Source: Alphaproteobacteria bacterium
GTDB taxonomy: Bacteria > Pseudomonadota > Alphaproteobacteria > SHVV01
Length of the DNA stretch: 64,000 nucleotides
Direction: 5' to 3'
Assembly: GCA_965261735.1 (NCBI GenBank)
Contig: OZ253470.1
Span: 3,232,001 to 3,296,000, forward strand
Under the pieces are notes generated by a model, which was given only the letters and a program-made list of their open reading frames with translations, made no database searches and was not told where the DNA came from. Shown piece by piece: positions 59,323 through 64,000 of the stretch (position 1 is its first letter; every line of letters starts with the position of its first letter). The position numbers were made by a program, and so were the translations under genes.

Positions 59323-60477
59323 ATGAAGATCGCCGTCCCCAGGGAGCGGCACCAGGGCGAAAAGCGGGTCGCGGCTTCGCCGGAGGCGGTGAAGAAGCTC
59401 GTGGCGTTGGGTGCCGACGTGGTGATCGAGGCTGGTGCCGGCGCAGGCGCCGATTTCCCCGATGCGGCGTACGAGGACGCGGGCGCCGCGATCGCCCCTG
59501 GCGAAGAGGCGGCGCTCGCCGAGGCGGACGTCGTCTTCAAGGTAAGGCGCCCACAAAGCGGCGCCGAGGGGACCGACGAGGTCGGACTGATGCGGCCCGG
59601 GGCCACGCTCGTCGGCCTGCTCGAGCCGCTCGCGCACCCGGAACAGGTGGCGGCCTACGCGGACCGCGGCCTCGTTGCCTTCGCGCTCGAGCTTATGCCC
59701 AGGATCACGCGCGCACAGAACATGGATGTGCTGTCGTCCCAGGCCAACCTCGCCGGCTACAAGGCGGTGCTCGACGCCAGCGTCGCCTTCGGCCGGGCCA
59801 TGCCGATGATGATGACCGCGGCGGGGACCATCGCGCCGGCGCGGGTGCTGGTGTTGGGCGCAGGCGTCGCCGGACTGCAGGCGATCGCCACCGCGCGCCG
59901 CCTGGGCGCCATCGTCAGCGCCTTCGACGTACGCGCCGCCGCGCATGAGGAGGTCGAGAGCCTGGGTGCAGCGTTCATCGAGGTGCCGCGCGCCGAGGGC
60001 GAGTTGGGCGAGGGCGCCGGCGGCTATGCCGGCACGATGAGCGAGGACTACCAGCGCCGCCAGGCGGGCCTGATCGGCGGGCAGCTCAAGCGCCACGACA
60101 TCGCGATCTGTACCGCGCTGATACCGGGCAAGCGCGCGCCGGTGCTGATTACCGAGGACATGGTTCGCGGCATGAAGCCGGGATCGGTCATCGTCGACCT
60201 CGCGGTCGAGGCGGGCGGCAACTGCACGCTATCGAAGGCCGACCAGGAGGTGACCGAGGGCGGCGTGCGGATCATCGCCCACGCCAACGTCCCGAGCCGC
60301 ATCGCGGTCGATGCGAGCAGCCTCTACGCGCGCAACCTGGTCAACTTCATCACCCCCCTGATCGACCCCGAAACCCACGCGCTCAAGATCGACTGGGACG
60401 ACGAGATCGTGCGCGGAACGCTGCTCACGCGCGACGGCAAGGTGGTTCATCCGCTGCTCCAGCAGAAGGCGGCGTGA
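59323..60477 (+). CDS. pntAA: NAD(P) transhydrogenase alpha subunit part 1
   Basis: EKRVA, PRITRAQ.MDVLSSQ, GAGVAGL, TALIPG. Confidence 0.95.
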   Translation: MKIAVPRERHQGEKRVAASPEAVKKLVALGADVVIEAGAGAGADFPDAAYEDAGAAIAPGEEAALAEADVVFKVRRPQSGAEGTDEVGLMRPGATLVGLLEPLAHPEQVAAYADRGLVAFALELMPRITRAQNMDVLSSQANLAGYKAVLDASVAFGRAMPMMMTAAGTIAPARVLVLGAGVAGLQAIATARRLGAIVSAFDVRAAAHEEVESLGAAFIEVPRAEGELGEGAGGYAGTMSEDYQRRQAGLIGGQLKRHDIAICTALIPGKRAPVLITEDMVRGMKPGSVIVDLAVEAGGNCTLSKADQEVTEGGVRIIAHANVPSRIAVDASSLYARNLVNFITPLIDPETHALKIDWDDEIVRGTLLTRDGKVVHPLLQQKAA

Positions 60478-60480
60478 GCG

Positions 60481-60774
60481 ATGGAGGCGCTGCCCGTCGA
60501 CCCCTTCGTCTTTCGCCTGACGATCTTCGCGCTGGCTATTTTCGTCGGCTACTACGTGGTGTGGAGCGTCACGCCGGCCCTGCATACGCCGTTGATGTCG
60601 GTCACCAACGCCATCTCAAGCGTCATTATCGTCGGTGCGCTGATCGCGGCCGGGCCAGAGGAGCTGAACCTGCCCAAGATATTCGGCTTGGTCGCCATTA
60701 CGCTCGCCGCCGTCAACATCTTCGGCGGGTTCGTCGTCACCCAGCGCATGCTCCGCATGTTCAGAAGGAAGTAG
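60481..60774 (+). CDS. pntAB: NAD(P) transhydrogenase alpha subunit part 2
   Basis: VTPALHTPLMSVTNAISS, NIFGGF.VT.RML. Confidence 0.95.
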   Translation: MEALPVDPFVFRLTIFALAIFVGYYVVWSVTPALHTPLMSVTNAISSVIIVGALIAAGPEELNLPKIFGLVAITLAAVNIFGGFVVTQRMLRMFRRK

Positions 60775-60780
60775 GCGCGG

Positions 60781-62166
60781 GTGTCAGCCAACCTCTCCGG
60801 CGTCGCCTATCTGGTCGCCGCCATCTGCTTCATCATGGCACTGCGCGCCCTGTCCTCGCCGGACACGGCGCGCCGCGGCAACCTCTACGGCATCGCCGGC
60901 ATGGCGATTGCCGTGGCCACCACGGTCCTCAACCCGACGGTGGTCGGTTATGACCTGATCATCGCCGGCTTTCTCGTCGGCGGCGCCGTGGGCACCGCGG
61001 TGGCGCTGCGTATTCAAATGGCGGCGATGCCGCAACTCGTGGCCGCGTTCCATAGCCTCGTCGGTATGGCGGCCGTGCTCGTGGCCGCGGCGGCTTTCTA
61101 CGCGCCCGACACTTACGGCATCGGCACGCCCGGCGCCATCAAGACCGCGAGCCTGATCGAGATGTCGGTCGGCGTGGTGATCGGCGCCATCACCTTTAGC
61201 GGATCGGTGATCGCCTTCGCCAAGCTCCAGGATCTGATGACCGGCAACCCGATCGTCTTCCCCGGCCAGCACTGGTTCAACCTCCTGCTCGGCGTCGCCA
61301 TTGTCGGCTTCGCCGCGGATTTCACCCTCACCCAGTCGGCGGCCTCGTTTTGGACCATGACCGGGCTCGCCTTTCTCCTCGGCATGCTCGTCATCATCCC
61401 CATCGGCGGCGCCGACATGCCGGTGGTGATCTCGATGCTCAACTCCTACTCGGGCTGGGCCGCGGCGGGCATCGGCTTTACCCTCGAGAACACCGCCCTC
61501 ATCATCACCGGCGCCCTCGTCGGCTCGTCCGGCGCCATCCTCAGCTACATCATGTGCAAGGGAATGAACCGCTCGTTCGTCAGCGTCATCCTCGGCGGCT
61601 TCGGGGGCGGCGACGCCAGCGCGGCGCGCGGCGATCGTGGCCAGGCGGTCAAATCGGGCAGCGCCGAGGACGGCGCCTTCATCCTCAAGAACGCGCGTTC
61701 GGTCATCATCGTGCCGGGGTACGGGCTCGCGGTCGCGCGGGCCCAGCGCGTCGTCCGCGAAATGGCGGATGAGCTCAAGGCCGAAGGCGTTCAGGTGCGC
61801 TACGCCATACACCCCGTCGCGGGGCGCATGCCGGGGCACATGAACGTGCTGCTGGCCGAAGCCAACGTCCCCTACGACGAGGTGCTCGAACTCGACGAGA
61901 TCAACAGCGATTTCGCCGCCACCGACGTCGCCTTCGTCATTGGCGCCAACGACGTCACCAACCCGGCCGCGAAGAACGATCCACAGAGCCCGATCTACGG
62001 CATGCCGATCCTCGACGTCGACAACGCGGCGACGGTGCTTTTCGTCAAGCGTAGCCTATCGGCGGGCTATGCCGGGATCGATAACGAGCTGTTCTACAGC
62101 GCCAAGACCATGATGCTGTTCGGCGATGCCAAGAAGATGACCGAGGGCATCCTGAAGGCGCTCTAG
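60781..62166 (+). CDS. pntB: NAD(P) transhydrogenase beta subunit
   Basis: IGGADMPVVIS.LNSYSG, HPVAGRMPGHMNVLLAEA, GANDV. Confidence 0.95.
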   Translation: MSANLSGVAYLVAAICFIMALRALSSPDTARRGNLYGIAGMAIAVATTVLNPTVVGYDLIIAGFLVGGAVGTAVALRIQMAAMPQLVAAFHSLVGMAAVLVAAAAFYAPDTYGIGTPGAIKTASLIEMSVGVVIGAITFSGSVIAFAKLQDLMTGNPIVFPGQHWFNLLLGVAIVGFAADFTLTQSAASFWTMTGLAFLLGMLVIIPIGGADMPVVISMLNSYSGWAAAGIGFTLENTALIITGALVGSSGAILSYIMCKGMNRSFVSVILGGFGGGDASAARGDRGQAVKSGSAEDGAFILKNARSVIIVPGYGLAVARAQRVVREMADELKAEGVQVRYAIHPVAGRMPGHMNVLLAEANVPYDEVLELDEINSDFAATDVAFVIGANDVTNPAAKNDPQSPIYGMPILDVDNAATVLFVKRSLSAGYAGIDNELFYSAKTMMLFGDAKKMTEGILKAL

Positions 62167-62188
62167 GCGCGAGCCGGAGGGCGACGCG

Positions 62189-62527
62189 ATGATGGTGATC
62201 GACAAGGACTCGGGCGTGACGACGGTGATGGTGCTGATGACGGTGAAGCCCGAGGATCAGGATGCGCTGACCGAGCTGGCTCTCGCCGCCGAGCCCCTCT
62301 TCGCCAAGCAGCCGGGCTTCGTGTCGGCGAGCCTGCACAAGAGCACCGACGGCACGCGCCTGGTGCAATACCTGCAGTGGCGCTCGCTCGCCGATTCCGA
62401 GGCGTGCATGGCGAGCCCCGATTGGCGGGCCGACGCCGGTGTTGCGTTCATGGAATTCATCGGGACCGGCAGGGCCACCATCGAGCCGCAAGCCTATGAG
62501 GTGCTCTCGACACGCGCGCCGAGCTAG
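62189..62527 (+). CDS. Antibiotic biosynthesis monooxygenase (ABM) family protein
   Basis: QPGFVSASLHKSTDG.R...Y.QW. Confidence 0.8.
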   Translation: MMVIDKDSGVTTVMVLMTVKPEDQDALTELALAAEPLFAKQPGFVSASLHKSTDGTRLVQYLQWRSLADSEACMASPDWRADAGVAFMEFIGTGRATIEPQAYEVLSTRAPS

Positions 62528-62596
62528 AAGGCCGCCCCCGCAAGAGGGCGGCCAAGTGGCGGTGCCGGATCGGGCGCGGTCGTCCCACGGAGGGAG

Positions 62597-62800
62597 CTAG
62601 ATTTCGCGCTGCGCGCGTTTGCGGGCCAGTTTGCGGGCCCGCCGAATGGCCTCGGCCTGCTCGCGGGCACGCTTGACGGACGGTTTTTCGTAGTAGTTGC
62701 GCAGCTTCATTTCGCGGTAGATGCCCTCGCGCTGCATCTTCTTCTTGAGCGCGCGCAGGGCCTGATCGACGTTGTTGTCGCGGACAAGGACTTGTACCAG
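62597..62800 (-). CDS. rpsU: 30S ribosomal protein S21
   Basis: [30 protein letters not shown]; GGAGG followed by CTG at 62800. Confidence 0.93.
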   Translation of the reverse strand: MVQVLVRDNNVDQALRALKKKMQREGIYREMKLRNYYEKPSVKRAREQAEAIRRARKLARKRAQREI

Positions 62801-62971
62801 GTCGCTCCTCCTTCTCGCTGTGGCGCGGGTCTGCGCTCCTGAGCGGGCCGCGGTTGATACCACAGCGATGGCGCGATGTGAAGGCGATTTGCCTCGCCCC
62901 CGCCCCGTTCCGCGGCGCCGAGCGTGCGTTCACAGGTTTACCCGCACAGCTAGCGCACCCATATTAGCGCC

Positions 62972-63550
62972 ATGGCCATTCTGAAGATCGCACGCATGGG
63001 CCACCCTGTCCTCGGCCGTCGCGCGGCCGAGGTCGACGACCCGACCGCGCCGGCGGTTCGCCGGCTCGTTGCCGACATGTTCGAGACCATGGCCGATGCC
63101 GAGGGTCTCGGCCTGGCCGCACCGCAGGTCTATGCGCCACTACGCATCGTCATCTTCCGCGCCCCGCCCGACGGCGAGCCGGCCGACGATGAGGAATCGC
63201 CCGAGCCTGCCCCCCTCACGGTGCTCGTAAATCCGGTGATCGAGCCCCTCAGCGAGGAGACAAAGGAAGGGTGGGAGGGCTGCCTGTCACTCCCGGAGCT
63301 CCGTGGCCTCGTGCCCCGCTACACGCACATCCGCTATTCGGGCTTGACGCTCGAGGGGACCGCGCTCGCGCGCGACGCGCTCGGTTTCCATGCCCGGGTG
63401 GTGCAGCACGAGTGCGATCACCTCGACGGCATGCTCTATCCCCGGCGCATGACGGACTTGGCCTCGCTCGTGTACCTTACCGAGTGGAAGTACCACCTCG
63501 AGGCGGACGAAGAGGCGCCCGTGGCGGCCGGCGAGATCGCCGAGGGCTGA
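62972..63550 (+). CDS. def: Peptide deformylase
   Basis: GLGLAAPQ, EGCLS, QHECDHLDG. Confidence 0.95.
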   Translation: MAILKIARMGHPVLGRRAAEVDDPTAPAVRRLVADMFETMADAEGLGLAAPQVYAPLRIVIFRAPPDGEPADDEESPEPAPLTVLVNPVIEPLSEETKEGWEGCLSLPELRGLVPRYTHIRYSGLTLEGTALARDALGFHARVVQHECDHLDGMLYPRRMTDLASLVYLTEWKYHLEADEEAPVAAGEIAEG

Positions 63551-63574
63551 GGCGCGCAACGGAAGCACTCGCGT

Positions 63575-64000
63575 ATGCGACACCACCTGGAGAGCGAGCG
63601 GCGCGCGATTCTCGGGCGCATGCTCGAGCACGTGCCGTTCGAGGGTTGGTCCGCCGCGAGCCTTAAGACCAGGGTCGCCGATCTCGGCTACCCGCCCAGT
63701 ATGGCGGCGCGCGCCTTTCCCGGTGGCGTACGCGAGGTCGTCTCACTGTTCAACGCCGAGACGGACCGGCGCATGCGCGCCGCCCTCGCCGAGCGCGACC
63801 TCGGCGCGCTGCGCGTGCGCGAGCGCGTGGCGGCGGCGGTGCGCTGCCGGCTCGAGCTCGTGGCGCCACACCGTGAGGCGGTGCGCGGGGCGGTCGCCTT
63901 CAGCGCCCACCCGGCCAACGCGCCTGCGGCGCTTGCCGAGCTCTATCGCACCATCGACGACATGTGGCGGGCCTGCGGCGATACGGCGACCGATTTCAGC
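63575..64000 (+). CDS. COQ9-family protein (runs off the window end)
   Basis: HVPFEGWS, FPGG, RVRERV, HREAVR, DDMWRACGDTATDF. Confidence 0.88.
   Translation, partial: MRHHLESERRAILGRMLEHVPFEGWSAASLKTRVADLGYPPSMAARAFPGGVREVVSLFNAETDRRMRAALAERDLGALRVRERVAAAVRCRLELVAPHREAVRGAVAFSAHPANAPAALAELYRTIDDMWRACGDTATDFS

Noticed and set aside
1-64000. tRNA or rRNA genes and a tRNA-type att site
   Set aside because: None recognised by eye; tRNAscan-SE would be needed to exclude them

Overview
High-GC window, most likely from an alphaproteobacterial chromosome (aap operon, def-COQ9-rpsU and split pntA gene order), in three parts. (1) About 1-40.8 kb is a decayed mobile island: nested IS256, IS1182, IS1595, IS3, IS21 and IS110/IS1111 elements (several with readable terminal repeats and target duplications), RIT remnants and a tandem pair of Arm-domain tyrosine integrases. 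Cargo: two TbpB-like surface lipoproteins with Slam/DUF560 fragments, a DUF3187 protein, two DUF1640-like coiled-coil repeat proteins, a MORN-repeat protein, toxin-antitoxin pairs, an AAA-DUF4143 ATPase and a NYN protein. (2) About 40.9-51.4 kb holds aapJQMP and a small catabolic islet (SDR, NMT1-type binding protein, PhyH) ending in an IS5. (3) About 51.4-64 kb is core genome. Best-supported unusual signal: the non-coding end of the IS1111-type element reads as a bridge/seekRNA whose four guide segments match its reconstructed target (the YYRW codons of an IS3 orfA) and its own circle junction; a second copy shows a compensatory base pair, and another IS3 in the window has an unoccupied matching site. 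Best candidate for an undescribed system: an integrase pair + TbpB-like lipoprotein + Slam module. All family calls are by-eye motif recognition; no searches were run.
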